A stretch of DNA of 64,000 nucleotides from Candidatus Saccharibacteria bacterium UBA5145 (GCA_002413865.1 DHXX01000012.1:20241-84240), one strand, 5' to 3'; numbered from the stretch's first letter, positions 42,528 through 51,753 are shown. The notes: a model not told the origin generated them from the sequence alone. A program made the numbers and translations.

Positions 42528-43120
42528 GGCTTTATCTCGAGGTTGGTAGCGTCGGTGCCCGTTTTGGTCTGTCCATTAAGCGTGGCAACAGCACTCACTT
42601 GCCAGGTGCCAGGTGTAAGTCCAATGCTATTCGGTGTCCAGCTAGGCCAGTAAGCAGAGCCGCCACTGTCAGTAGTTTCAGAAGATAAATATCGAGTCAG
42701 GGTACCGGACGTAAACGCGATTTTGCAAGTCGCACCTACTGTCGTGTTACAGACCGATGAGAGTGCCGTGCTGGATGGTACGTTGGCATGGGCACTCACG
42801 AAATTACCAAATGGAGTGATCAAGTCGGCAGTGGTGACGGTATTGCTTTTTGTGTCGCCGGGTTGGCTGGTGTTGGCCGACCCAGAAGGGGTCGAAGCCG
42901 GTGTCCCTGAATTTTGTTGGCTTGAATTGGTGGTAGCGGTCTTTTCGCCTTTGGTCGACTGACCAGCGCTGACAGCTGGCTTTGTGGGGCTGTTTTTGTG
43001 AAAGAGATGGGTCGTGTTGGTCAATTCAAGCACCGCTAAAACTGCTGCAAGCGCCAGCAACAGGGCTGCCACAATGAAAAGAGGGCGTTTATAGGGAGAT
43101 GGTTTTTTGTATGTATACAT
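42524..43120 (-). CDS. membrane-anchored Ser/Thr-rich hypothetical protein
   Basis: TM segment LFIVAALLLALAAVLAVL, a low-complexity S/T/Q region, and a beta-rich C-terminus. 4-nt overlap with the downstream gene. Confidence 0.45.
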   Translation of the reverse strand: MYTYKKPSPYKRPLFIVAALLLALAAVLAVLELTNTTHLFHKNSPTKPAVSAGQSTKGEKTATTNSSQQNSGTPASTPSGSANTSQPGDTKSNTVTTADLITPFGNFVSAHANVPSSTALSSVCNTTVGATCKIAFTSGTLTRYLSSETTDSGGSAYWPSWTPNSIGLTPGTWQVSAVATLNGQTKTGTDATNLEIKP

Positions 43121-43265
43121 GATGTTTATTTTAGTTTATTTGTATAACAAGTATAAGCTTTTTAAGCAATTCGAGCAAGTCGGTAAGCGCCAACCAACAG
43201 ATTAATACAACGAATTAGTCAATAAAATAAAGGACATAAACATGATATGATGACCACCAAGAGTT

Positions 43266-44732
43266 ATGAAATTACCAGTCAGACCGTTTGCCAGAATTGT
43301 GCGTTGGCTCGCCAGCAGCCCGATCAAGTTTTTTGTCGTCACTTCATTAGTATTTGGTTTTGCGTTTATAATCCTAGTTCCACCTTTCCAGATTCCTGAC
43401 GAGTTTACCCACTTTACGCGCTCTTACGAAGTGAGCGAGCTAAAAACTGGACACGGACAATACCAAAAGAAGCTATATGTTAAGGGCAGCGAATTGCCAA
43501 AAAGTATCTTGCTTACTTACAACAAGACTTGGTTGCACCACAAACAAGGTACGCCAGACGTGCCCCAGGCACAAAAGTATTCCTGGAACCAGACGTCGGC
43601 ATCCTTAAATATCCCACTAAATAAATCAATCGTTAGCTTTTATAACACCGGCGCTGTGCCGGCATATGTTCCTCCGGTTTACGTGCCCCAAGCAATCATT
43701 ATAAAAGTACTAAGCTTGATGAATGCACCTGTCATTGTAATGCTGTATGCAACGCGCCTTGTCGGCTTACTGATATGGATATCATTGGCGGTGCTTGCTC
43801 TGCGGGTAATGCCCCCTACGAAACGAAGGCTAGCGTTAGCGAGCGTACTTCTACTGCCGATGTTCATAGCTCAAGCGTCGGTGAGTACAGACCCGCTTCT
43901 TACGGGTACGACCGTGTTATATCTGGTATTCATAACAAACATGCTCATCAATAAAGAGGTTCTGACGAAGAAAAAACTTATTCTCCTGACGGTGCTTCTA
44001 CTTATTATGGTCATGGCAAAACCGGTGTACATCGCATTCGGTATATTACTGTTCGCTACTCGCACAAGACAGAGTGCTCTCAAGGGTTTTATTATAAAAA
44101 CTCTCGGCATTGCTACTCCATTTATACTTTATTGCTTGTGGTCGGCACTTACCAAGGATCACGGCGGTCCTCTATATATTGACGCTATCGCCAGTAGCCA
44201 CGCCGACCCATCAATGCAAGTTGGCTATCTCGTGCCGAATATATTTAATTTCTTTGAACCATTTGTAAACACGCTGCTACTCGGATGGGGCGACGGTATA
44301 TACGTGTCGGTCATAGGGGATTTTGGTAAGCTAGACACTCCGCTGCCACTTTTCTTTATCGCCTTAGGCTACACGCTTACTTTGATAGCTGTATTTGTGG
44401 GAGTAGATGAAAAAGAAGATGAGCGTGACGCGCGAGCTTTCTGCGCTAGAAAAAGCAGCATACTGTTCGCGTTACTCACTTCGCTGATTTTTATAGTCGG
44501 TGTTTATCTAGCTATGTATGTTTACTCAACCCCACCACACGAAAGAGTCGTTACGGGCGTACAGGGCAGGTATCTACTACCGCTTCTGCCGCTACTGACA
44601 CTATTTGTCGCAAAGAGCTGGGTTACGATGAGAGAGACCGCCTACGACTTAATAATGACCTCGTTGCCACTTATTTTGCTCGTCGTATCGACAATAGTCA
44701 TATTCCTTAGATTCTACGTGTTATATCCTTAA
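43266..44732 (+). CDS. DUF2142-like polytopic membrane protein
   Basis: N-terminal FIILVPPFQIPDEFTHFTRSYEVSE matches the DUF2142 opening motif (PP.Q.PDE..H..R.Y..S). About 11 TM helices. Confidence 0.55.
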   Translation: MKLPVRPFARIVRWLASSPIKFFVVTSLVFGFAFIILVPPFQIPDEFTHFTRSYEVSELKTGHGQYQKKLYVKGSELPKSILLTYNKTWLHHKQGTPDVPQAQKYSWNQTSASLNIPLNKSIVSFYNTGAVPAYVPPVYVPQAIIIKVLSLMNAPVIVMLYATRLVGLLIWISLAVLALRVMPPTKRRLALASVLLLPMFIAQASVSTDPLLTGTTVLYLVFITNMLINKEVLTKKKLILLTVLLLIMVMAKPVYIAFGILLFATRTRQSALKGFIIKTLGIATPFILYCLWSALTKDHGGPLYIDAIASSHADPSMQVGYLVPNIFNFFEPFVNTLLLGWGDGIYVSVIGDFGKLDTPLPLFFIALGYTLTLIAVFVGVDEKEDERDARAFCARKSSILFALLTSLIFIVGVYLAMYVYSTPPHERVVTGVQGRYLLPLLPLLTLFVAKSWVTMRETAYDLIMTSLPLILLVVSTIVIFLRFYVLYP

Positions 44733-44861
44733 AGGGTTGCTTATTGGGTTCGACACTATCTATTTTGGTGGAGCATGCACAATGCTTGGCCGCATAGATT
44801 AATAGTTACCCATGGCACTTATACCTTGACAGCACGTAATCAGGGGTGTATACTAATTAGT

Positions 44862-45740
44862 ATGAAAGCTATGAAATACACCATAACAGACCTGAGAGCG
44901 GATTTTCCAGACGACGCTGCTTGTTTGGGATGGCTGAAAGACTACTTGTTTCCTGACGGTATCAGTTGCCCGACCGAAAACAAGGTCACGCCCCACCATA
45001 AACTTAGTAAGCGCAAAGCTTACTCTTGTGAGTTATGTGGTCATCACACTTACCCTACCGCTAATACTATCTTTCATAAGTCCTCTACGCCACTGACACT
45101 ATGGTTCTACGCTATCTACTTTATGACCGCCACCCGTGCAGGGATTAGCGCTAAACAGCTTGAACGTGAGCTAGGCGTGACTTATAAGACCGCATGGCGT
45201 ATGTTCCACCAAATCCGCTCTATGATGGGTGACGATAGCGAGCTGTCTGGCGAGGTTGAAGTTGATGAAACTTATATACACCCTGACCCATCTAAGAATA
45301 GCCGCCTTAAATCTGAATCGGGCAAACGCTACCACAACAGCCAAGTAATATTTGGCATGGTTGAGCGTGGCGGCAAGGCTAGAGTAAAGCACGTAAAGAG
45401 TGCTGGTAAGCGCGTACTAGTGCCTGAGATACAAAAAGGCATTAAAGTTGGATCTACAGTTTTTAGTGATGAGTGGAAAGCTTACGACAAGTTACCTATG
45501 TATGGCTATCCACATGAGAGTATTAAACACTCTGCTAATCAATACGTTGCTGGGCGTATCCATACACAGAACGTCGATAACTTATGGTCAAACATGAAAC
45601 GTGGCATTAAGGGCGTGTACCGCCATGTGGACGCTCAGTATTTGCAAGCATACGTCGATGAGTACGCATTTCGCTACTCACACCGAAATGATTTTCAACC
45701 TATGTTTTGGGCTTTGATTGGGCAAGTGGCCAAGAAGTAA
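44862..45740 (+). mobile_element. IS1595-family transposase (ISXO2-like DDE domain), apparently intact
   Basis: N-terminal zinc-ribbon Cys residues (CPTENK...CELCGH), DDSELSGEVEVDETYI, FGMVERGGKARVKHV, FSDEWKAYDKL, IHTQNVDNLWSNMKRGIKGVYRHV...YVDEYAFRYSHRN. I could not delimit terminal inverted repeats. Confidence 0.8.
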
Positions 45741-46470
45741 GCAGTAGCGTAATAGACATAGTTTTTATGCTTATGGTACAATTATATTACTAATGAATGT
45801 ACGACTGTAGGGGCGCCAGAAGTAACATTATATGAAAACAAAATATTTGACACAAACATCTAAAGCTGCTATTTTTAGTTTCTCAATGTGGGAAATTAAA
45901 AAGAGCCGCTTTACCGAGTAATGCGACTCTTTAAGAACTTGTAGAAGAGTTCTAAACTAGCGTTAGCTGCCTGTTCCTATGGAATGGGCAGTTTTCGTTG
46001 TGAGTAACAAACGGAAAACATTTCAATCCATAGTCAGCTGCTCGCAGCACCTTGCCGTTAGGCAGGCGTCGCGTCGCGCTGAAGTGAACAGGGCAGCCGC
46101 AAGTGATTTTTCTCACGGGCGTGCTCCAAATTTTTAAATAACGTGACAACCATTGGTCATGCTTACGTTGATACGGTTTTTGTTTTAATTCCTCTTTGGA
46201 TCTGCGCTAACTCGGATTGTCATCCCCGCTGTTTATTTCCAACAAAAAAGTCCCATACCAATATCTGGCATGGGCGTGTGTTTATTACGCCGATAGGCAT
46301 ATGGTCTTTTGGGACCCATGCCAGATATCGAAACAGGACTAGATTATTAACACAATTTAACCCACGGCGACCAAGCCATAAAAGCGTTGTGTGCGAAGCC
46401 CAAAACTAGACTTATACGACATACTTTAAAGCATTAGCGTCGTTTTTGCAAGGCAATCGTGATGTGCTAT

Positions 46471-46847
46471 TTACTTACTTTTCTTGCGAGCGACTTTTTT
46501 TAATACCTTAAAGAACTGAGATTTGCTAGGTGGCGTGACGGGTTTATCCATGCTTCCAGTATACGCCGCTTTAACCAATGGACAATCATAAACGGCTACC
46601 TTATCCAGTCCTTTGGCTGGTAAGCCAATGGCCCCGAAACGAATGCTGATGGGACCTTTTCTATACCGGCTTTTGATAAACGACGGCAGATACAGGAGGG
46701 GCAAAGCAGGCCAGCACCGCCCTCCGTACCAACGCCGGGGCCAAAAGGGGTTATTTTGTTCCATGCCCAGTTAGGGATAAGTAGGTCTGGAAAGCCCGGC
46801 TCACCGTATGGTATTTTACAGTCAAAACACTCAGCTTTAGGTATCAT
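46471..46847 (-). pseudogene. possible frameshifted small Cys-rich gene
   Basis: Two overlapping minus-strand ORFs (46596-46847 and 46471-46764) in adjacent frames. The first has a GGTGG RBS and CxxC...CxxC. Joined near 46640 they would give a ~125-aa product with a basic tail. Confidence 0.25.
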
Positions 46848-46877
46848 GAACCCACCTAAGTTTTAAGGAGTATAGCA

Positions 46878-47030
46878 ATGGCAAAAGTTTCACCGTTTCA
46901 TTCAAAACTACCAGAAACAGACGTGTACCACGATAATAGCTCGTGTACACTTGGCGACAATATCGAAAGCTACAACCGGATAGCTGGTACTGGCGGCCTT
47001 CGTAAGTGTAGCCAATGCGCCACCCTATAA
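46878..47030 (+). CDS. small conserved-looking CxxC protein (50 aa)
   Basis: Hand translation gives MAKVSPFHSKLPETDVYHDNSSCTLGDNIESYNRIAGTGGLRKCSQCATL. AAGGAG RBS lies 7 nt upstream and a strong terminator follows. Not in the ORF track because it is under 60 aa. Confidence 0.6.
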   Translation: MAKVSPFHSKLPETDVYHDNSSCTLGDNIESYNRIAGTGGLRKCSQCATL

Positions 47031-47048
47031 CTGGCAAGTACTGAGGAT

Positions 47049-47086
47049 AAAACGCCGGCAGTGAAAATCGCCGGCGTTTTATTTTA
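47049..47086 (+). terminator. rho-independent terminator
   Basis: aacgccggc (47051-47059) pairs with gccggcgtt (47070-47078), followed by TTTTATTTTAT. Confidence 0.7.
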
Positions 47087-47232
47087 TATAAGTTACGTGC
47101 TCTCATGGTATAAGTGCCATACCCATGAGTCGATTGAGTTGCGTTGCCGTGTGGGCTCCGGTCTGCTGCGGCGTAGAGTAGGGGCTGACGATGGGATATT
47201 AGAACAGGCGAATACTGGCTAGCTAAAAGAGG

Positions 47233-48549
47233 CTATTGCCCGTTCCAATACTGGGCGATCATTCCAATCCCTGCGACTAAGTTGTTGTCCCAATTGCCGC
47301 CAGCAGGCAGACCCGAGACTGTTCCGTTGACCGTAAAGTTTGCGCCGTTTTGGGTACTTCCGTTGGTTCTCGTAGCCGTTAGTCCATGGAAGTTGAAATC
47401 GGTTGTATTCCAGGTACCGTTAAGGCCGCAATAGGTGGGGCAAGTGTCGCCGACTGCAACCTGTGTATTTGTAAATGTATCATTGACCGAATCACCGTTA
47501 AGACGGGCATTACCTTCGACGTTGAAGAACAGTCTAGGTATGAGATTGACGGATATGTTTGCAACCGGTGTTGCTCCTTCGTAAAATACGGCCGTTTGTT
47601 CACCTTTCCACCATTTGAGGGTTACCGGGTTGTTCCCGGCTGCTGCTGGGCCAAGGTATTGATAGGTAAAGACGCCGTTCTGGACGCGTTCCCAAATATA
47701 GTAGGGATTACCCTGAGACTCCGGTGCCCCGGTATCTGATTGAATACCGATCGAGATAGCATTGTTACTAGCGTCGTGGGCATTGATATACGCCGAGTGG
47801 CCGGTCCCGGTTCCTGCTTGAGACAGCGTAGCACTATAAGTTAAGTAGGGGCTACTTGCCGGTATGACGATGGGGTCAGCCACTACCGAGCCTGGTGAGA
47901 AGTTGATTCCGCTAAAAGTTGTGTCGGCGATATCGCCGGTGTTACGCCCGGCTCCCAAGAACGAGATGGACGGGTTAGTGGCCGCGACCGGGTATGGGCC
48001 GAGAGTTACATTGTTATCAATCGTGACGCTAATTCCTCCGGGACCCCAGTTAAAGGCGAACAGGTGTGAAGTGCCAGTGATAGCACCGCCCGGCCAATAG
48101 CCACCGATTGGCTGGCCGTTCGCCGAGCCTTCGATCATTATGGTCATGCCGTTTGGCGATACTCCCGGATCATGGATCAAACCAAAGGCCACAAAGTTTG
48201 CCGGGTCATTCCAGAACTGCACAAGACCTTTGTAGCCCGTACCGCTGCCGTAGGCACATGCTCCCGGACAATATGAACCATTTAGCACGACATTGAGCGA
48301 GCCAGATGACGCTGCGCGCCAGTTAGTCGTCGAGCCGGATTGGTAGTTGACGCCGCCGGTGCCCCAAGCACCTGAAGTTGCGCGCTGACCCCACGAGTGT
48401 GCGGAATCGTCATACGTCCCTTTTGTTGCGAATAGGCCTTGGTCCCAGCTATGGGGGACTAGTAGTGTCGTGTCCGCAGATACCGCAGGCGAGATAATCC
48501 CTATGGCGAAAATATTGATGAATAAAGCTAGAAAAAGTTTTTGTTTCAT
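47233..48549 (-). CDS. secreted hypothetical protein (beta-rich, Gly/Asn/Thr-rich)
   Basis: Start taken at MKQKLFLALFINIFAIGIISPAVSA (ATG 48549), a clear signal peptide. I recognise no catalytic motif. Confidence 0.5.
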   Translation of the reverse strand: MKQKLFLALFINIFAIGIISPAVSADTTLLVPHSWDQGLFATKGTYDDSAHSWGQRATSGAWGTGGVNYQSGSTTNWRAASSGSLNVVLNGSYCPGACAYGSGTGYKGLVQFWNDPANFVAFGLIHDPGVSPNGMTIMIEGSANGQPIGGYWPGGAITGTSHLFAFNWGPGGISVTIDNNVTLGPYPVAATNPSISFLGAGRNTGDIADTTFSGINFSPGSVVADPIVIPASSPYLTYSATLSQAGTGTGHSAYINAHDASNNAISIGIQSDTGAPESQGNPYYIWERVQNGVFTYQYLGPAAAGNNPVTLKWWKGEQTAVFYEGATPVANISVNLIPRLFFNVEGNARLNGDSVNDTFTNTQVAVGDTCPTYCGLNGTWNTTDFNFHGLTATRTNGSTQNGANFTVNGTVSGLPAGGNWDNNLVAGIGMIAQYWNGQ

Positions 48550-48709
48550 ACTATTAAGCGTAAGTATAATAGCTTTTGAATCTAAAATACAGCGAAGACC
48601 ACACGAACAGACAATATAACAACGCATGGAATGGCTCATTCAATAGTTTGAGTCACTCGTGCTGAGCTGGTTATCTACTAAGCTTTGTAGTTTCATGTAG
48701 ACTAAAAAC

Positions 48710-49108
48710 ATGATCTTGAAAGATAAACATTTTAGAATCTTACGTTTTTTAGTTTCTGGTGGTTTGGCGGCTATAGTTGAGGGAAGTTCGTTTTTATTAC
48801 TCCATCACTTGAAACTACCAATAATTCTTGCAAATACGGTCAGCTTTTTATGTGGATTAATTGTGAGTTTTCTTATGAATAAGTTGTGGGTGTTTGCCAA
48901 TAAGGGTGACACCTCACTTCAGCTCATCCTTTATTTTACCCTTGCCGGAGTAAACCTCGTCCTGAGTAATCTTATAATCTGGCTGCTGGTGAACGAGACG
49001 CCCGCCGCTCCGCTAATTGCAAAGATATTTACGATGATAGTTATTGCAGCGTGGAATTATGCATTTTTTTCGAAACTTATTTTTAAAGACCGCCATATAG
49101 ATGCCTAG
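48710..49108 (+). CDS. GtrA family membrane protein (second copy)
   Basis: FRILRFLVSGGLAAIVEGSSFLLL...ANTVSFLCGLIVSFLMNKLWVF, four TM helices, 132 aa. Confidence 0.75.
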   Translation: MILKDKHFRILRFLVSGGLAAIVEGSSFLLLHHLKLPIILANTVSFLCGLIVSFLMNKLWVFANKGDTSLQLILYFTLAGVNLVLSNLIIWLLVNETPAAPLIAKIFTMIVIAAWNYAFFSKLIFKDRHIDA

Positions 49109-49467
49109 TTCTTATTGTCTTTCGACAGCCTGATTGAAAGTTCCTGATGTAAATCTTGGACGCGTCGTTCCAAAGCTTCAAGTTTGATGCGCGAACGATT
49201 CGCTATAAATAGCACCAGTATGATGCCAGTAATTTGCATGACATCGAATAAACTGAGCGGCTCTGTATGGGTGAGGCTATTCGAGAACAAAAAATCGTAA
49301 ATAAGTTTGGTGGATGCAATGCCGGTAAAGATTACGAGCCAAATTATAATCTGGCCGATGAGCTTTTTCTTGGGGTACTTTCCCATCTTGTAATCAACCA
49401 GAGCGCTTAAGAGCGCAGCTATAACGAGGGGGGTGTTCAATAGTACAAGTATCAAATACCTACTCAC
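49105..49467 (-). CDS. DUF2304-like small membrane protein
   Basis: 120 aa with three TM helices and a C-terminal coiled-coil (LEALERRVQDLHQEL). Overlaps the upstream GT2 by 8 nt, the usual GT2-DUF2304 pairing. Confidence 0.55.
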   Translation of the reverse strand: MSRYLILVLLNTPLVIAALLSALVDYKMGKYPKKKLIGQIIIWLVIFTGIASTKLIYDFLFSNSLTHTEPLSLFDVMQITGIILVLFIANRSRIKLEALERRVQDLHQELSIRLSKDNKN

Positions 49468-50176
49468 TGAACATCTCCACGATCCGTCTTCTTAATAAGA
49501 CTTTAACGATATTGAAACCATTCCAGTTGTTTTGGCCCTTAGCACTGGAGTATTCCGTATAGATAGCTTTGATTGGAAATTCATCAATATTTAACCTGAT
49601 TTGTTTGGCGCGCCACAACATTTCGGAGCAAAACTCGTAGCCGCTCGTTTTCCACTTCAGCCCGGACAGGGCGCGCTTGGAGAACACGCGGAGGCCGGAC
49701 TGCGAGTCGGTGACGTTAATACCAAACAATACGTAAGTAATGAAGCTTAGGCCTGTATTGCCGAGAATCTTAACGCGCGACATGCCGGCTTTGTTCATCA
49801 GGCGGCTGCCAATCAGCAGATCAACCTCGCTCTTGGCTAATATGTAGAGGCCTTTTAAGACATCTTCGGCGGCGTGCTGGCCGTCGGCATCGGAAGTGGT
49901 GGCCATGTCAAAATCATTTTGATAGGCGTAGCTGAGGCCGGTGGCGGTGGCGCCACCGCTGCCGGTATTGAGGATGTGCTTGATGACGTAGGCACCGGCC
50001 TTTTGGGCTTCAGCAATGGTATTATCCCGAGAAGCATCATCGACGACGATAATTCTATAGTCGTAGCCAGAATTCTTGAAAGTAGCATGCAAATCACTGA
50101 TGACGCTGCCAATAACCGTACCTTCATTGTAGGCGGGGATAACCAGGGCGACCTTCTTTATAGTGTGACTCGACAT
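49460..50176 (-). CDS. GT2 polyprenyl-phosphate hexose synthase-like glycosyltransferase (DPM1/GtrB-like)
   Basis: VALVIPAYNEGTVIGSVISDL...IIVVDDASRDNT...TSDADGQH...DSQSGLRVF (GT-A with DAD motif). 238 aa. Confidence 0.8.
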   Translation of the reverse strand: MSSHTIKKVALVIPAYNEGTVIGSVISDLHATFKNSGYDYRIIVVDDASRDNTIAEAQKAGAYVIKHILNTGSGGATATGLSYAYQNDFDMATTSDADGQHAAEDVLKGLYILAKSEVDLLIGSRLMNKAGMSRVKILGNTGLSFITYVLFGINVTDSQSGLRVFSKRALSGLKWKTSGYEFCSEMLWRAKQIRLNIDEFPIKAIYTEYSSAKGQNNWNGFNIVKVLLRRRIVEMFSE

Positions 50177-50179
50177 ACT

Positions 50180-50365
50180 CTAGTTTAATTTTAGCAAATA
50201 TTTGCCATATCCGCTCTTATTCAGGGGTTCGGCTATGGTCTCGAGTTGGTCTTTGGTGATAAAGCCTTGGCGGAAAGCGGCTTCTTCGATACAACCGATC
50301 TTGATGCCGGTACGCTTTTCGATGACGCGGAGGGAAGATAGGCTAGCCGGAGTTTTAACAATCAA
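50180..50365 (-). pseudogene. 3' remnant of a second glucose-1-phosphate thymidylyltransferase gene (rfbA')
   Basis: The ORF tail [49 protein letters not shown] aligns with the C-terminus of the full rfbA at 51952-52809 ([49 protein letters not shown]). Homology stops near 50335. Confidence 0.8.
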
Positions 50366-50430
50366 GCGCTAACGAATTACATAGAAAATCACATAGTACT
50401 GAAACTGTTAACATAGAATTCACATGGCTT

Positions 50431-50455
50431 GGATCCCAGCCTGCGCTGGGATGAC
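50431..50455 (-). repeat. single GTCATCC hairpin unit
   Basis: ggatcccagcctgcgctgggatgac is the reverse complement of gtcatcccagcgcaggctgggatcc. Confidence 0.8.
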
Positions 50456-50499
50456 GGGACGCACAACACGTGGGTTAGGCTAGGGCTTTGAGCTGGTAC

Positions 50500-51648
50500 C
50501 TAGTCATCATCAGCCGTAAAAAGCGATACGTAGCGATCGTACACGTATTTCTGGCCGTACGTACCGGCTTCGTCGCGCGGCTTCAGAATATCAAGCTCAA
50601 TCAGCCGATTAATGACTTTATAAGCTCCCGGTCGCGAAAACCCCGTCCACTTAACAATGTCGGCGACACCGACGGTGGGCAGGCTATACAGTTGCCTGAC
50701 GACGTTTATGACTGTCGGGGCGGCGACTTTTCCAAGGCCTTGAGCTTTGCGCATGTCCGCTTCGCGTAACCTCGTCACCTGTTGGCAAGTGTGGATAGCC
50801 GACTGGGCAATTTCAATGATGCCATCTATAAAAAACTCAACCCAGGGAAGTATCTGGCTGGGCTCGGCGTGGTAGGCATCGAGGCGCTCGTAATAAACTG
50901 CTTGGTGTTTTTTGAAGTATGCGGACAAGTATAAAAGGGGCATTTCGAGCAATTTTTCGTGCCATAAGTACATCGTAACCAACATCCGACCGGTGCGCCC
51001 ATTACCATCGGCAAACGGGTGGATGGTCTCAAATTGGGCGTGCAACATAGCTGCTTTAACAAGCGGCAGGTAATCGTCTTCGGCATGAATGAAGACCTCT
51101 AAATCATTCAGCGATTGGTGCATTTCGTGAACTGGCGGTGGCACAAAGCTGGCATTGCCCGGGCGTGTCCCGCCGATCCAGTTTTGCGAATGTCTAAATT
51201 CTCCGGGATAGGCATTGTGAGTGCTGCGCGCCCCGAGCATGAGTTTTCCGTGCAGTTCCGTTATTAAACGCAGGTTAAAGGGGAACGTTTTAGCCCGATG
51301 TAAACCATAGTTAAGCGCATCTATATAGTGCAAAATGTCGTCGACATCGGCCGGCAGACCAGTGCCACGCTCGACGTTGGCCGCCTCGATGGCGTCCATC
51401 ATCGTCGCTTTGGTACCCTCTATTTGGCTAGATGAAGAAGCGTCCTTCCTAACAAACATCTCTAAAAAGTAGTCTCTATCTGGCAGCAACTCGGCTATGC
51501 CATCTAATTTGCCCAATAGCCGAATGGCTTCGGTGTGCTTGACTACCAATTCTCGGCTGAGCGGGATGCCGACTACTGGCGGAAAAGGGCTCGGGATAAA
51601 AGCCTTGAAGCCAGCCGTCTGTTGGACATACGTTCCGATATCACTCAT
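50500..51648 (-). CDS. fic: Fic family protein (AMPylase-type) with N-terminal Fic_N-like region and C-terminal wHTH
   Basis: Fic motif HPFADGNGRTGR, upstream inhibitory-helix motif SSQIEG ([ST]xxxE[GN]), and a C-terminal DNA-binding-like segment IVKWTGFSRPGAYKVINRLIELDIL. Confidence 0.85.
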   Translation of the reverse strand: MSDIGTYVQQTAGFKAFIPSPFPPVVGIPLSRELVVKHTEAIRLLGKLDGIAELLPDRDYFLEMFVRKDASSSSQIEGTKATMMDAIEAANVERGTGLPADVDDILHYIDALNYGLHRAKTFPFNLRLITELHGKLMLGARSTHNAYPGEFRHSQNWIGGTRPGNASFVPPPVHEMHQSLNDLEVFIHAEDDYLPLVKAAMLHAQFETIHPFADGNGRTGRMLVTMYLWHEKLLEMPLLYLSAYFKKHQAVYYERLDAYHAEPSQILPWVEFFIDGIIEIAQSAIHTCQQVTRLREADMRKAQGLGKVAAPTVINVVRQLYSLPTVGVADIVKWTGFSRPGAYKVINRLIELDILKPRDEAGTYGQKYVYDRYVSLFTADDD

Positions 51649-51653
51649 TGCTT

Positions 51654-51724
51654 TGTTTACATCCTATTAACTAATGTAAACAATATAGCACTTTTTGTTT
51701 ACATTAACAATAGCAATGTAAACA
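51654..51724. promoter_or_regulatory. two TGTTTACAT-N11-ATGTAAACA inverted-repeat operators upstream of fic
   Basis: Boxes at 51654-51662, 51674-51682, 51696-51704 and 51716-51724. There are two perfect 9-bp inverted pairs, each with an 11-nt spacer, starting 6 nt upstream of the fic start codon. Confidence 0.6.
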
Positions 51725-51753
51725 CCTTGCTTAGAGTCAGTTCACTCGCCGCC

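Noticed and set aside
45952-46149. 65-aa Cys-rich minus-strand ORF as a CDS
   Set aside because: I saw no RBS and recognise no motif, and it sits in apparent mobile-element debris. It is left as part of the non-coding-stretch finding.
50180-50365. Genuine 61-aa gene
   Set aside because: Its C-terminal 48 residues are the tail of RfbA, while its first ~12 residues are unrelated read-in. It is called a gene remnant.
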